NCBI GenBank assembly: GCA_002633005.1
Contig: NMRA01000083.1
Location: 260,896-324,895 of the forward strand
Origin: Phoronis australis
Lineage: Eukaryota; Animalia; Phoronida
Direction: 5' to 3'
Length of the DNA: 64,000 bases
The notes under the pieces are model-generated. The model made no database searches. It worked only from the letters and a program-made list of their open reading frames with translations, and was not told the origin of the DNA. A program made the position numbers and the translations under genes. Shown one piece after another: positions 50,125 through 64,000 of this stretch (its first letter is position 1; each line of letters starts with the position of its first letter).

Positions 50125-52016
50125 TGGTCAAGGTTGGAGTGTATTTGCAAAGAATTGAACTCGTTTTAAAGGAAGTAAGGTAAATTTTATTTGTCTAAAC
50201 GTACATTTTGGCTACTAATGATGTTTTTAATTTCCTAATGCCACTAATTTCTCCGATTAAAGGCTTTTGAAAACCTCAATTTTCCTCTAAAATGAATTTC
50301 ATTGGCAAAATCAAACTACCAAAGCCAAGCCTAGCCAAGGCTAAGTAAAGCTAACTGCAGACAGACAACTGTCAGCAACATGGCCAACATGAGTTGAGAG
50401 ACTCAGAAACAGAGAGCACTTGACAATCCAAGTCATTGGCATTGGTTGGATATATTGGTCCCTCACTTAGAGAATCAGTTTCACTCACTGCTGATCTTCA
50501 CTTTTCAGTGATTGCCTGGTTCTAAATTGGGGACCACTATATTCATCAAGAGCCCAAGTGAATAGGATAAATTATATGAATCAGGATATGTTAGATGTAA
50601 GCAGGTCCTCCACCCCAGTTGGCATTGAAGTATACCATTAATTACGGCGTTTTCCCATTGCTCCCAACTTGTTCGATTCTATAGCCCAACAACAAGTTGG
50701 GAAGATGACCCTTGTAGCCAATATCTTACACGACTGATATACTCCATTCTGGCCTTTATGTTTGGAGGGCCAGCTCTCTTTTGTTCGATAATTGCTCTAA
50801 TCTCCAATAAGATTGTTTCTGGCCTGACTGGGCTGTGCTGTTAAAAATAAAAGTTAAGTAATAGCATATTTGAACATAAACCAATAGCATTTCTGAAATC
50901 CTCGTCAAATGGTAATCATGTTTTATTAGTTTTTGAATAGCCAAAATCGCCCAACTGCAAGCGAAGTTACGATGATCTATTCTTTCCGAATGTACCGATT
51001 CGCTCTGGGTCTGACATGTTCACACGTGGTCTGTAATAAGCCTGGTAGATAGTTGGCCTGTCTGTTGTCATATCAGACAAAAGACTGTGCTTGGCAGTTA
51101 ACAAAGAAGCTAGATGTTATCACAAGCTCACAACCCTCTACGTCTGGTAAAGTCACTGAACGGGAAAATGCCATCATGCCCTATTTCCCCAATGTGTGCC
51201 AGAATAATATAGTTTTTTAAGAAGGAATTAGGCTAGCATATCACGAAAGTTCAGTTGTAGACCTCTTGTATGTGTTTCCCGTTAATAGAGGAATTTTTGT
51301 AAACCCTGTGAATCACTCAGGGGAGGTACCCACTAATCAGGTACTCCGATACCATGGTTTTTGCTAAGTTTGAGGTTCATTAACATGGCAGGTTCCAACC
51401 CATATTTTTCCACTTATGTTCTTATGTCTTAAATTGGAAAGTAACCAAGCATTTTAAGCATATTTAATGTTAATTGATCTTTGGTGTCAGCAGTTCTCTC
51501 AGAATCTCACAAATTCTCTACAAAACTTTTAAGATTTTTACATCTTCATGGAATATTCTAGGTATCCTGTTTTCTTATCATTGAACAAGATATTGAAACT
51601 GGAATGGTGCATGAAATGTGAGGCATCATCAGAATGAATGTTTAGGTTATCCTCTAATAATTCCACTCAAGCCATATCAGTTAGACTGGTGTCAGATTCA
51701 TGTTATTGTTTGTGAGCCATGTGTTTTCATAATGTGTCCTGCATAGTTTTAATTTTGATTGATCTAGCTCGGCCAGTTTTGATGCTTCAAAAAGAATTCT
51801 CAATGTTTTTTTACAATAAAGACAGATGCACCCTACAGAAACACACAACGTAATGTTTAATCAATACAGTTAGGCTAGGTTTATTTTTTTACATTAGCCA
51901 ACCAAACCCAGAGAGGAGTTCCAGTTCCGGTGGACACTGTCTCCACATTCACAACACCCAAAGTCATGCATTGAGTTGGTTTCAAAATTCACCTTATTTA
52001 CCTAATGGCCTCAGCT

Positions 52017-52178
52017 CTCATCATCATTTCTCTTTTTGCTCCTCCTCATCATCTTCATTTCTCTTTTTGCTCCTCCTCATCATCTTCATTTCTCTTTTTG
52101 CTCCTCCTCATCATCTTCATTTCTCTTTTTGCTCCTCCTCATCATCTTCATTTCTCTTTTTGCTCCTCCTCATCATCA
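52017..52178 (+). repeat. 31-bp pyrimidine-rich minisatellite, about 5 copies
   Basis: Unit catttctctttttgctcctcctcatcatctt at 52025, 52056, 52087, 52118 and 52149. Confidence 0.95.
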
Positions 52179-52237
52179 CCACTACTTACCCAAGATGACT
52201 TTTGCTCAATTCTCTTTTTTCAGACTAAAAACTCAAG

Positions 52238-55200
52238 ATGCCCAAAAAGAAGTCTGCTAAGTTGAAGAACATGACTCCAGACGAGCGATTGTTATATGAG
52301 GAACAGCAACGATTGGCTGAAGAAGAAATGAAAAAGAAGAAAGAAGACATGTTGACACAGTTTTTAAAAGTAAGGCTTCTTCCTGGTTTGTCATTAGCTG
52401 CACTTGATTTTTTCTTTGTGTGCATGCAGAGCCAGACATCTAATTGGTTGGTTGTCCAGAGGTTGTCACTAGAACCAATCACATTTCTTAGATGGTTGAT
52501 TTAGGATAACCCGGTATTTGCTGAGATGAAATCAAGTGCTACAGATTGCCATTTGATATCCTGACAATTTCATAATTATATTTTTTTAGTTGGCATCTAT
52601 ACTCAAAGTCTGCCAGACTTCTAGAATACTCCACCATTTACTCGTTAAAATAGCCAATAAACAATACTTTAAGAGACTTTACAGTCCTGGGCCTCTTTGA
52701 CATTGGTAGGTAATCTGTCTCACATTCATAAATTGAGTGATTGTTGAGCATGTGTCTTGTTTCCAGTTCACTGCAAAATGGCATTTTTAGATTAGTACCT
52801 ATTAAGTAAATCAAATGTTGGACATTAAACAGGATAACAAAGGCAAAAAGCAATCTGATATAACTGGGAATCTGCTTGAATAAAATGTAAATTTCATTAT
52901 TTTAGGATAAACTGATGAAAGAAGAGAAGGCGTCCAAGTTCAACCTAAACAAGTTGAACCACCAGTGGCGTAACATTATGCGAGAAGCTAAGTCTAAAGA
53001 ATTGAAGAAAGACATTGAGATCCTGAGCCAGACATTTGAGAGGATTGTGGATAGAAAGGAGAGTGTAATCAAGTCACTGGCCAAGGACTTGGTTGAGGCT
53101 GAGGAGCAGTACGCTATGGCACTCCGCCACCATCTACAGAACGTAGACAGCCTTATTGGTAGGGTGATCATACTATTCAATCAGCAACCCACAATGTGTG
53201 TATTGCGATCAATAATTTCTGGTCTGCAATCAGTCATTGGTTATTTTCTAAAACACAATCTGCCAATCAATACCAATTTAAAGGATCAAACTGAGTTGAA
53301 GAAATGATTTTGAGCGTGCAAATTTCTTTGCCCGTGTTGAACCCGCCATAAAGTCATCTTCAGTCAAAGAAGCTACTCTTTTGATTTAGACCACTTTGCA
53401 TTACAAAACTGGTCTTAATGAGTTTTCTTATTTTGGTAAGAGGTAATTTCTGGGATGTGTAACATCTGATTTGAGACCGTGGTTGGTGCGACATAAAATG
53501 GCCTACTGTGACGAACTATCTGAGCTGAGTATGGAATAAGTGGAGATCAGTTTTATAACAGTAAGGACTCTCAATCAAATGTTAGTTTTCTTGCTGAACA
53601 CGAGTCTAGTTATAGCAACTTAATTTAAGAGAGATATGTGAGCGTGTGTGCATATGTGTGTTATAACCATCTGATTCACAGCTTCGATATTTTGATATGG
53701 TATTCAAATGCTCAACTCAGTTGGTTAGGGAGCATGTGACATACTTCCAGATTATTTATATGGAGAATATACAGAGTTGGAAGTCCATGTACTATAATCT
53801 CTGGTATAGGACATAGTTTATTATGATTTCAGATGGCTGGTGTCTGTTGCTAGATTGACAGAGTGGCATTGTTGTCACTGCGCCCAGTTTGCAGGGATTT
53901 CAGCTGGTTTAGCCAGTAGCTAAACTTAATGAGTGATGTGGCAATTTCTAATTCCAAAAAACAAAACGTATTCCATCCTCATTCATCTTCATTGTGTTGC
54001 TGTTGTTGAATCAAAAGATTTATGTATTTAATATTCTGAAAATTTACATTCAAGTTTTCACGGTATGCTCTGTTTTGTTTTTAGATTTACAAACTCAGCG
54101 TCTTAACACACTTCAAGAAGAATACGATGAAGAACTGGAAGTTCTGAAGAAAGAGTTTGACACAGAGAGAGCGCTGATGATTGAACAGCACTTAAGTGAA
54201 ATGAACGACCTGGCAGACATTTTGTTTGCCATGGAACAGAACTTCAATGAGCGGGAGAATGATGCCAAATCGGAGTTCCAGAGCATGAGAGACGAAATTA
54301 AGAATAAGGTAGTCTTTATGAGCAATTCATCATGCATCATGATCTATGTGCCTTTAATGTATTAGTTACCATTTACTGGTCGAGGTACACAAGCGAAAGT
54401 CACGAGTCTTGGTCAGCTATTGTTTTCAAGATTTCTCCATTATCTGTCAAAACACCACATACTCATTTAGACTGGTCCTGGTCTTCATGAGGAAATAAAA
54501 TAAGTGACACTCACGAGGCTAAACAACTGGTATTCTTAAATAATTTGCGCATTTCATATTACGTGTGCATGGCTTTTAAAGTCGATTGTGAACTATTTAG
54601 CTTATTGTCCAAGACTATATCAGTACAGGTAGTGTTAATATAAGTGTTAATAATGGTATCATTGTTTTTATTATTGTCATTAAGATTATCGTATAAAATT
54701 ACGGGCAGATGCTGAAAATGTTTTAGAGGTGTTATCTTCTTATCATCTCTAGCAGTCTAAATTCTGTGCTCACGACCATTTACTATAAACACTGGGCCAA
54801 GTGCGGATGGTATATTAGAGGCTTCCTGTCACACTGTACATATCGTTAGTGTGTCGAAAGGCTTGATGAGCAAGTGGTGCTCATCACTGTAATTGAAATC
54901 TGACTGTGATTATCTGTCTATGTCCGTCTCCATAGAACCTGGAAGAGAAGCACGCACTGCGTGTGACCCTGGAGTCAGCCGTTGAGAACCTGTGGCAGGA
55001 ATTTCAGAAGGCTCTGAAGAACTACAACGAGACGACCGAAGATCGAAAGAACTCATTTGAGAACCTCAAGGCCAAAGATGAGAAGAGTGCCAAGGAAATT
55101 GAGATGCAGATGAGAAAGTTGCAGAGGATATCGGTGAGTTGACGAGAATTGTTATTGAGTTTGTCCCTGGGTGCTTGTGTATGGCTGTTGCATCACAAAT

Positions 55201-58200
55201 GGCAGTTGGCCTCTCCAAACATCCTTTTAAAAGACTGCATGATTCAACTTTGTGGTGATAGACTGTCACGTTGCCTCCATACCTCCTGTGTCTGGTCCAA
55301 ATTTCTTAGTTTTTGGCAGACGTGCGACTTCATGCTCGTTCATATATAACCTAATGATATTAAGAGTTTCTATAAAACGAATCCATCCATTTTTAATTTT
55401 TTTACTATCTTGATGGACTAGCCTATTGAAACCAGTGTTAATGGCTTGGTCAGTTCATAGTTCTTAGAGTACATATAAGCTGCTTTGCATTTTGGTAGGG
55501 GACAGAGATGTGCGGATGATGGGTTTGCTAGTTAACAAGCGTATTATATCTGAATATATCTTTAAAATCAAAACATAACATTTCAACGGAATGAAATTGT
55601 TTGAGACAAGTTTGATCCAAGAATCATATTGTCAGCCTTCAGTTTCAGGACAGCTATTTGGTTTGGAGCTCATTTAGCATGAGCTTTTAGGTGATTAGTA
55701 AATAGCAATTAGAACTAAACCTATACTACTGGGCTAAAATGAAAGTGAGGGATACCTTGGGAACATGGCCATTTTCAGTGGAGTGTGCTTGAAGTTATTG
55801 TGCCCCAAGGCTGCAGACTAGATCAAATATCATTCACGGTGTTTTTAGCATATCCCATTTGGAACGGTGGTGTATACCCTAATGCACTTTTAAGGCTTAA
55901 TGATCTACTTTCATCTATTAAATGTTGAGTACTCTAAACAGACTAACCGCATTCATGTTTCTGTCACCAGGAGAACATTGCCAATCTGAAAGCCAAGATG
56001 GCTTTGAATGCCAGAGAGTGTGAGGAAAGGAACCGCCAGCTGCGAGAGGAAAGGGAAGCCATGTTGGCTCACTTCCAAGAGTTAAAAGGTCAAATGAACA
56101 AACTGAGAGAGGCGGAGAGATTACAACTCACCAAACTGACATTAGAAAGTAACGCAGCGATAAAAGAACTCAAGAGGAAAACTGAAAAGGTGAGTTCCAA
56201 TATTAACTATATTGAGGTTCACTGCCCGATTTTTTATTCAGTGCCAGACTTTAAGCTAGTGAGCACAGGCGCAATTTCCTGGTAACCATGAAAATAGTCC
56301 AGAAATTATTGCACATGCTCAGTTTGATACACAGTGCAGGTCTTTTTGGAAAAATGAGGCAAACCTGGTGGTACTTTTAATCATCAGTAATGTGGTAAGA
56401 TTACCAAGAAACTAAAAGGTTGGATCTTATTTCTTTAGCTTTATTTTGTATAACTTAATATGTCAATAAATGCATTGAAAGTGACGCATCCATGAGCAAT
56501 ATGCATCTTTATTAGCTTGGTTACATCAAACGACGTAAAAATTTAGCCTCGACTGAACACTGCATGCAGCGTCACATGCATGTTCTCTACGTGGAATCAC
56601 TGTGCACAAATGTTATGCGCAGTCAGATGTCAAGTTACAACTGTTGTGCTTGGCTGTTACAGTAAATTTAAAGTAATGTGCTATGATCAGCAATGCGAAT
56701 GTTGTATTTGAAGCAGCTCTCTTATGTCATTTTTGTTGCTTTTGTTAACTGGCTTTTCAATATTTAAAGTCATGCAAATACTACATAGCATTGGTTTTGA
56801 CCATAAAACATTGTGTCACCTATGTACTTAGTTATAAACAGATATTATTGTCGACATGAATTGTGTTATATTTAATGTATTGTTGATCAATAATAGGGAG
56901 AGAAAATTATTAAACTGGCCGAGATGTGTCGTAAACTTGAGACTGAAGAAGAGAAAGTGTTACCATTCTATGCGTCATCGCTGACTCAGGATGAAAAGGA
57001 TGACGTACAGGCAGCAATTGAGGAGGCCCCGTCACAGCCATTGGCGGCAGTGAGTATTGCAAGAACTGAATTGATTGTCTCACAGTTATGGATACTGGAT
57101 GACTGGAATTGCTAACATTTGCAAAAAGTCTGAGATAAGCTATAGTCGAACAACAACAAACCCTCCTGGGACCAACCTTTCTGTAACTGAAGTTTGCTGT
57201 AATAAACTCAATGCATGCGCAGTGCGTTGTGGAATAAAATGTTATGAGCCAGCGAATGTCATGAAGGTGAGGTCTGTTGAAGCGGGTTGAATGGAATACA
57301 CATTTAGTATATACAGGTGGCCCTGTGGTGATGCTTATAGACTAATATTGTGGAAATAGAGGTTGAAACTTTGGACCATCACTTATAGTCCTTCATATAC
57401 ACATGAAAAGCACATTGTAGATAGCATAATGCAATATCTTTATTTTTGCGAATATAGTTTACCACTAGCGTTCATGCTGAGTGATTCGATTGTTATTGTA
57501 TGGTTAGATTGCTGTCATTTTGTTCTGTAGTGTTCCTGTTCACCTATATCAACAGAGCAACAGCAACTGTGTATTTGCTATGATGTTTAGTATTTTAGTA
57601 CTCATAACTGCTTGTTGCCATGGAATTAACAGCGTAGCATGGTGGCTTGAACGTTGAATGTTAAAGAACATCTACAGTGCCGCACTATAATTATACATAC
57701 CGGTATCATAAACGTTGAATAAACCTGTTGAGGTCATGGTTCAATGAACTTTTACTAGCCAAACAAACGTGTCCTGTGGATAATTAACTTTCAAAGTTCC
57801 TGTTCCCTAGGCCCTCTAGTTCAGTATAAAAATGTTACCATCTTACATAATTAAGACATTCATGGTTTGTTTTTTGCAGATAATGCATGAATATGTAGCT
57901 TTGGAGAACTTCTGGAAGCGATACAACAAAGTTTTACTAGACAAGTGTGCACTTGAAAAAGAAAAATCTGTGATGGTTCGAGAGAACCAACAGCTTCGTA
58001 ACCTACTTAAACAATACTTGGACGGAATATCAGTCAACGATGAGATATTGAGCCAAGTCAACCCGCTGTTTGTGGTGAACCAGAGGACTAATGTCAAGTA
58101 AGTGGTGCTATGTTACGCATAATTTAGTTGTTGAAAACCAAACTTGTTAAATACACGTCAGCGTTGTCTGGTGACTGTTTTGATGCAGTCTACCGACACC

Positions 58201-59275
58201 TTTGTCGCTTGTTTAACCAGTTTCGTTTCCACGAAGGGCTACGGCCTACTTATTCTGATTTCAACAACTGTGTGTTTAAGATGGTGTGGTTTGCATCACT
58301 AAAGATTTCGGTAAACCAAAACGATGACCGGCATTTTTGCCAAACTGTGGTGAGAGCATTATGCTCCCAAATCTTTGTACTGTGTATGTCTGTCTAATAT
58401 TGGATATCTGCTCCATTGTACCTACTGAGCTCCTTAGCAATCGTCCTGAAACTTGTCAGATGTGTTATCACCAAGGACATAACATTTGCGACGTCTTTTT
58501 CTGAATTTGTTTGCTGCTTTTCTGTAACTCACGAAGGAAATGAGAACCTAAAATGTCAATGCTTTTTGCGATGACCGATTGGAAGCACATAAAGTTGTTT
58601 CTGTAGTCCAGATGTTAGCTATTACATTTAGTTGAAGATCATTACACAAATCAAAACATTCTGTTCATTCCAATACCTTATGCAGTCTGGGGTCCGTTTC
58701 ACGAAATGTGGCTTTTGAGTCGGTGTTGTGCTCCACACTACTATTCACGAGAAATGGTTAAATCTCATTTGAGCAAAATTGCAGTCTCTGAGAACATATA
58801 TTACATAACTGACAATTTCTAAGTTAATTAAATTCAGTAAATTATTTCTAGACTGCCATGCTCTCATAATTACTTCTCTAAACCTTTTTTTCAGCAATTG
58901 TGAAGTGAGAGCGCAAGACAAATTTCTGTCTTAAAAGTCATTTTCCTGAAGTTTGGCACTCCCATGGATTTTTGTGAATTATCGTCTCATTTCTTCTGAA
59001 AATCTGTCTAAGGACAAATGTCAAGAGTTCACAACATCTCCTTTGAAACATTTCTAAATATGGAGCTTATATTCTAATGGGAATATCAAATATTTATCGT
59101 CGCTTGTGATACTGGACATAAATGTGACATTCGAGGGATTTCTCTAGTTTGTGTAATGACCGTCTATTTATTCCATTGCAGGATGAATGTGCCGGTTGTT
59201 GATCCGCGTGTGAAGAGACCCCCACAGACTGTGATAGAGGCAGCTCATGCAGTCAAGCACGTACTGAAGTCATAG
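52238..59275 (+). CDS. CCDC65: Dynein regulatory complex subunit 2 (CCDC65/DRC2), 8 coding exons, about 496 aa
   Basis: Exons: 52238-52369, 52906-53158 ([53 protein letters not shown]), 54085-54308, 54936-55133 (NLEEKHALR), 55971-56189, 56897-57049 ([23 protein letters not shown]), 57880-58097 ([14 protein letters not shown]...[11 protein letters not shown]), 59182-59275 (TVIEAAHAV, stop TAG). All are GT-AG and phase-consistent. Confidence 0.95.
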
Positions 59276-60755
59276 CTGCAGCCTGTAATGGAGTGTCGAG
59301 GGGAGCGGTCTCTCAAAACAACTGTTTTGTTCACCTAACAATTGTGTTCATCTTTATGTATATTGTGCACGACACATTACACATTCCTGTTGTAAATATG
59401 TTTTACTGCTAAAAGCAGTTTGCTACAAAATAAATTATTCATAAAAAAATTTCATTTGCCCTTTCAACATGTGGGTGGCGATTTGTAACAAAACGTTTCA
59501 AGTACCTATGGTCCTCTCCATATTATGCTCTTCACACAAAGAGGTTGGCACACGGTTCTCTGCAACCAACACCGTCTCATGTTCATAAAAACACACAGCT
59601 ATTCCCCACGAGTATTGATTCAAGTGTTAACTCACAATGAGTACAATAACAGTACTGTTGTTTTAAATCCATTCCTCAAATATCATTTAAGCTGCTTCAT
59701 ACCAACTTTTTGCAATAAATTACGAGATTAACTTTCGATTTTAACTACTTGCTGAAACTCGGCTTGTTCCCAACTTAGTAAAAAATGATTTCCGCAGTTG
59801 GGAAGAATTTGCAGTTCCTTGGTTGAGGCCATGCTCAGTGCATGAAACGACTTATTGAGCTCGTTCCCGAGCAATAACAGTCAGTTCTTCACAACCCCAA
59901 AAATCACGACTCATCTAGTGAGTAAGGTACACTTTGAGACCAATTGCACGACAGAAAGTGATACATGCCCACTCCTAAATCCGATTGGATTCCTGTGTTC
60001 GAACAGTGGTTCTGAAGGCTCTGTGAACTAAAGTGTCTGCACGGTTAGCAGAAGGTCTTAAGTTCGAGTCTTGGATGGGGCAGAAATCTTGTCAGACTTA
60101 TTCATTAGGTCATATGATGTGGCCAACAGGTGGCATGCAGACCAGACTTAAAAATGTGAACAGAAAGTAATCTAAATCAAGTTGTTTGTAGACAGAAAGT
60201 GGGGCTATAACAGCTTAAAGGTTAAACAAAAGAAAACAAAAAGGTTAGGGAATGACTATTAATTGTCTTAATTGCAAAATAACAATATCTGTATTGAACT
60301 AAAGGAATTATTCAATTTCAAATTGCATTTAATGCAAATCATTATTAACAACAAATAATTTTCTAACATAACTCTCTAAGCTAGTGGCAGTCTAGTTTTC
60401 TAAAGTGGTGACTAGCGATGTAAGCCATGACCTGAGTCATATTCGCATGAGAATTTTAGAAGGCATGAATAAGAAAAAATGTTTCGTCAGGTTGTTTCCA
60501 ATCTATATACTTGAACCAGCATCTGTATTTTTCCACTTGACTTCCTAAATAACAATTTAAAATTTCATGTACTGTTGACAGTAACACTTCAAAGTAATGC
60601 TTCCTCAACCATTATCTAGACGATTGCGGAACACGCATCTTTTACAATTCAGCAGTACAGTAACGATCTGCGTGCTACCACAGCAGATGCACGCTCAACA
60701 TTGGTCAGTGGCAGGCCTACACAGATTGCGATGTTGACTAAAGTGTCGGAACTGT

Positions 60756-63112
60756 CTAGTAAGTGGCTGATCTGGCAGCGACCCAAGCAGTGAACACGTC
60801 CCTAAAACACAAAGAGAATCAACAGTTTACGAAAGGCGTCTCTCAAAACAAAATCACTGCATAATGATTCACCAATTGAGAAGATTTGACCACCAACTTG
60901 TCAAGTTGATAAGGCCAAAAAATAATAGCATAATTTGTTCTGGTCTGTGTTTTTTGAAAACTGATGCAATATTTTTTTAGTTCTCCGTATCTTCAAAAGA
61001 GAAAAGATTAACAGATGTAGGCTGAAATAGGTCGTGACCATTCCTTTTTATTGCCCCAGCATCACCTGACATCACCTGAAATAGGTCAGGATCCTCCTGT
61101 GTTCTACAAAACGTCACATGATGTCAGCGTGAGTTTCAAAATGAGTCGGGTGCAGACCCGAACCAAGTACGCAAGTTTTTGGTCAAACTACTATTAATCA
61201 TTTTAAGATGTATACAGCAGAGCTATATTTAAGCGCTTGAACACAATATGCATTAAAGAAACAAAAATTCAAGGCCCTAATATAACCAACAAAGAGTGCA
61301 TATAGATGCACAGACATAAATTATATCGCAAACAGCAAATACCCATGATATTGCTGGGTAAGAACATGAACAGGTGCAGGAAAAACTGCATAACTTTGGT
61401 AATCTCTCACATGACCATATTTCCAAGCATAGCATTATAAGAACGAAGCAGTTATGTCTACGTTTGGATATATCAAGGTACACGTAAAACACACATTTCA
61501 ATAGCAGATTATTGAGCAGAAACAATTGACTGCCTTCTCCGAGCTTGGCATACATGTCAACTGCTATGGTTTTTTACACATCTCTGCTGTTTTTTTCCAT
61601 CGTTGTAATGTTACGCTGTGGCGCTAGAAATGCTACCCTATTTGTGGAACCACTGTTTCTTTTCCATTGAAAATCCACGTGAAAAACCTAGGTCTGAGCT
61701 GCATTCTTGTGAAACAGCCGACATAGGGAAGGGAAATTTAACAAAATGGGTGGTGTCAGGTGGCAGGGCATTGCTCATGCGTGACTGCCGCTGCTTCTAC
61801 CACTTTGCTACCTTTTTGAAACCGTTGCCATGGTAAGAGTAAAAACGAGCAGAGACGTATTGTTTAGTCTTGGTAGTGAACGAATGAAAGGAAATGACGA
61901 GAAGATAAAAAGTGTGTACCATTAACTACTAGTTTCTGGTGGTATGCAAAAAAGACGATGCAACCTGCCAGTGCATTGCACACCAAAGCACAACCACAAT
62001 TAAATAACAAGCGGTACCCTATGCACCAATGCTGCTGAAATGAAATGTCATCCCGGCGTATTGTGCAATCAGCCCATATACCAATAGGGGACCGGTAAGT
62101 ATGAATCAAAACCAAAAGGGATAACATCTCATGACTTTCATAAACTTTTTAATTATAGTATACTGTAACATAACTCAAGCAGAAAATTCTAGACCACTGC
62201 TAGCAATACATCACCAGCTTTCCTATCTGACTCATATGGGCTTTTCATCAGTGGCACGTCCTACCCATATGTAATATTAACTGAATTTAATACTATCTTA
62301 AGGAACTGACAAAATTTCCATGAGCTGCTCATCAAATCTAACAGGGCGGAAAGGTAGTAAATTTGTGTTATTAAAAAAATTGTTAAATTTGGTCCTGATA
62401 AATGCTATCATTTTCAACTAAATTGACAGTTACAGTTGGATGTTTTATTGTTCAATTTTAGCTAAGCTTAAAACTTCACTAGCCAAACATTCTTCTTTCT
62501 GGTGATTTCTTATAAATTTGAGAATGCAGTTACTTTGAACTAATCTTTCATGTTCTCTTGAACGATGAAATTATGAATGCTTGCAAAATTCGAGATTAAA
62601 GAGCCACTGGCAAAATGATAGAATGCACGGATCACGTAAAAATTTCATAATCTTTTTGGCTAAGTTAATATTCAATTAGATGTCGAAATTTATAACAGTT
62701 TATGATATTTTCGAATTTTGTGACAGCTATTGTCTTCTTGTATCTTTTTGGTGTCTTGGTTAACGTACATTACAAGTGAGCTATGTCTGCTTACTCATAA
62801 AATCACATATAAAATATGGGAAAATAACTAAATAAACTAAACGGATGGTACTAATTTCTTACAACTTATCAAAAATAGCATCCAAACTGGTGTACCCGTA
62901 AAGTCAACGTGTGTCTTTTCAGTTTGGTTGTGTCAATTAACGTAATAACGGAGCCTCAGGTAAACATTGACTATGCCATGCTAAGTCTAGATGATAAATA
63001 CTTACTGACAATGATTAACCACACACTGACTGCTGCAGTACTCATTGTCCCAAAGAGGGCTCTCTATGGCTGGGTTGGAACAGCTGTCAAATTCACACAA
63101 CGTAATTGGCTG
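60756..63112 (-). CDS. TOX4: TOX-family HMG-box protein (TOX4-like), last two coding exons; gene continues beyond the window
   Basis: Exon 63112-63006 (QPITLCEFDSCSNPAIESPLWDNEYCSSQCVVNHC) plus exon 60801-60756 (QDVFTAWVAARSATY*). This matches the recalled TOX4 C-terminus [26 protein letters not shown]. Confidence 0.82.
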
Positions 63113-64000
63113 CTGAAATGGAAAACATACTGCATCAAAAAGGTATAAACAGTGTGAGAACTCAGCAGACACATAAAATGCAAAAACATCATGGTACTTG
63201 TAGAATGACAACCTTAAGGTAATTCGTTTGGAAAAAACCTCAGAATAAGCTTCCAAAATGGTAATCAGATTTGTCCAATGCTCTTCACAATAGGAACACA
63301 CCTGCCAGGTTCCAAGTTTCAACAAGTACCGGTAACTTGGTATAAGGAAGATGCAAAGGAAACTGTAATTCCCACCAGAGGGCATATTTGTCAGATCTGT
63401 TTGAACATCAACATCAGGGGGGGTTCTCAAAGGGAATACATTAGCAAGTTGCATGATCAGCAGTTCCATTAAATAACTTTAATAGTAGATATCGAGGCAA
63501 ACATAGAGAAAACTACAATTGTCACTAATGGGCATAATTAGTTGAATCCATCTGAAAATCATCACCAGTCACGCCTTCCATGACAGGAACGCATCTGTCA
63601 AAATTCATGCTGATCCTTCAAGTGGTATGGTGTACAGTGAAAAATAATAAAATTGCCACTATGGGGCGCCGCACAGGTAGGATCTGTCTCAAAATGAGCA
63701 GGTGCAGTTCTCCTGTATACATAAAAATTTCCTGAAAAATCCATCAAGTAACTTGAAACATAAACAGGCAAATGCAAAACGAATGTGAAGATCCGTCAAG
63801 GGGTTTGGGAGATAGAGAGGTGGGCTACTTGACAGAAACAACATGTTTTTGAGGTTACATAAAAAGCCTTTATCAGAAACTTGGCCCCTTTCAAGGCACT
63901 TTATACTTCGTCAATAGATTTGTATAAGAACTGCTGCCATTATCAATTCAACTTATCATGAAAACTAATCTAAGTTCCTATGCATTTGCATTGACCACAG

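Noticed and set aside
51971-52265. Three overlapping low-complexity ORFs (LLLIIFISLFAPPHH...)
   Set aside because: They are translations of the 31-bp minisatellite.
60015-60150. tRNA-like segment with a GTTCGAGTC B-box
   Set aside because: No convincing cloverleaf. At most a degenerate SINE head.

Overview
AT-rich animal (probably marine invertebrate) genomic DNA with GT-AG spliceosomal introns. No prokaryotic operon, CRISPR array, rRNA or intact tRNA was recognised. Six protein-coding genes can be assembled by hand from splice sites and exon phase. (1) A SWAP70/DEF6-like PH plus coiled-coil gene (+, 10721-37846; first exon not found). (2,3) Two tandemly duplicated, secreted coiled-coil C-type lectin genes with QPD/WND motifs, nested antisense in one 11.6-kb intron of the SWAP70-like gene. 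(4) A complete 8-exon ASPDH-like gene (-, 43607-49876). (5) A complete CCDC65/DRC2 gene (+, 52238-59275), head-to-head with ASPDH across a short promoter carrying an RFX X-box. (6) The last two exons of a TOX-family (TOX4-like) gene (-), convergent with CCDC65. Introns are rich in non-autonomous DNA transposons and MITEs, an L2/CR1-type LINE 3' end, a Penelope-like inverted remnant and minisatellites. The most unusual items are the intron-nested duplicated lectin cassette, a 79-bp minisatellite that reiterates a 5' splice site six times next to an apparently duplicated SWAP70 exon, and a MITE inserted at the symmetry axis of another palindromic MITE. Gene names come from recalled motif similarity, not database searches.
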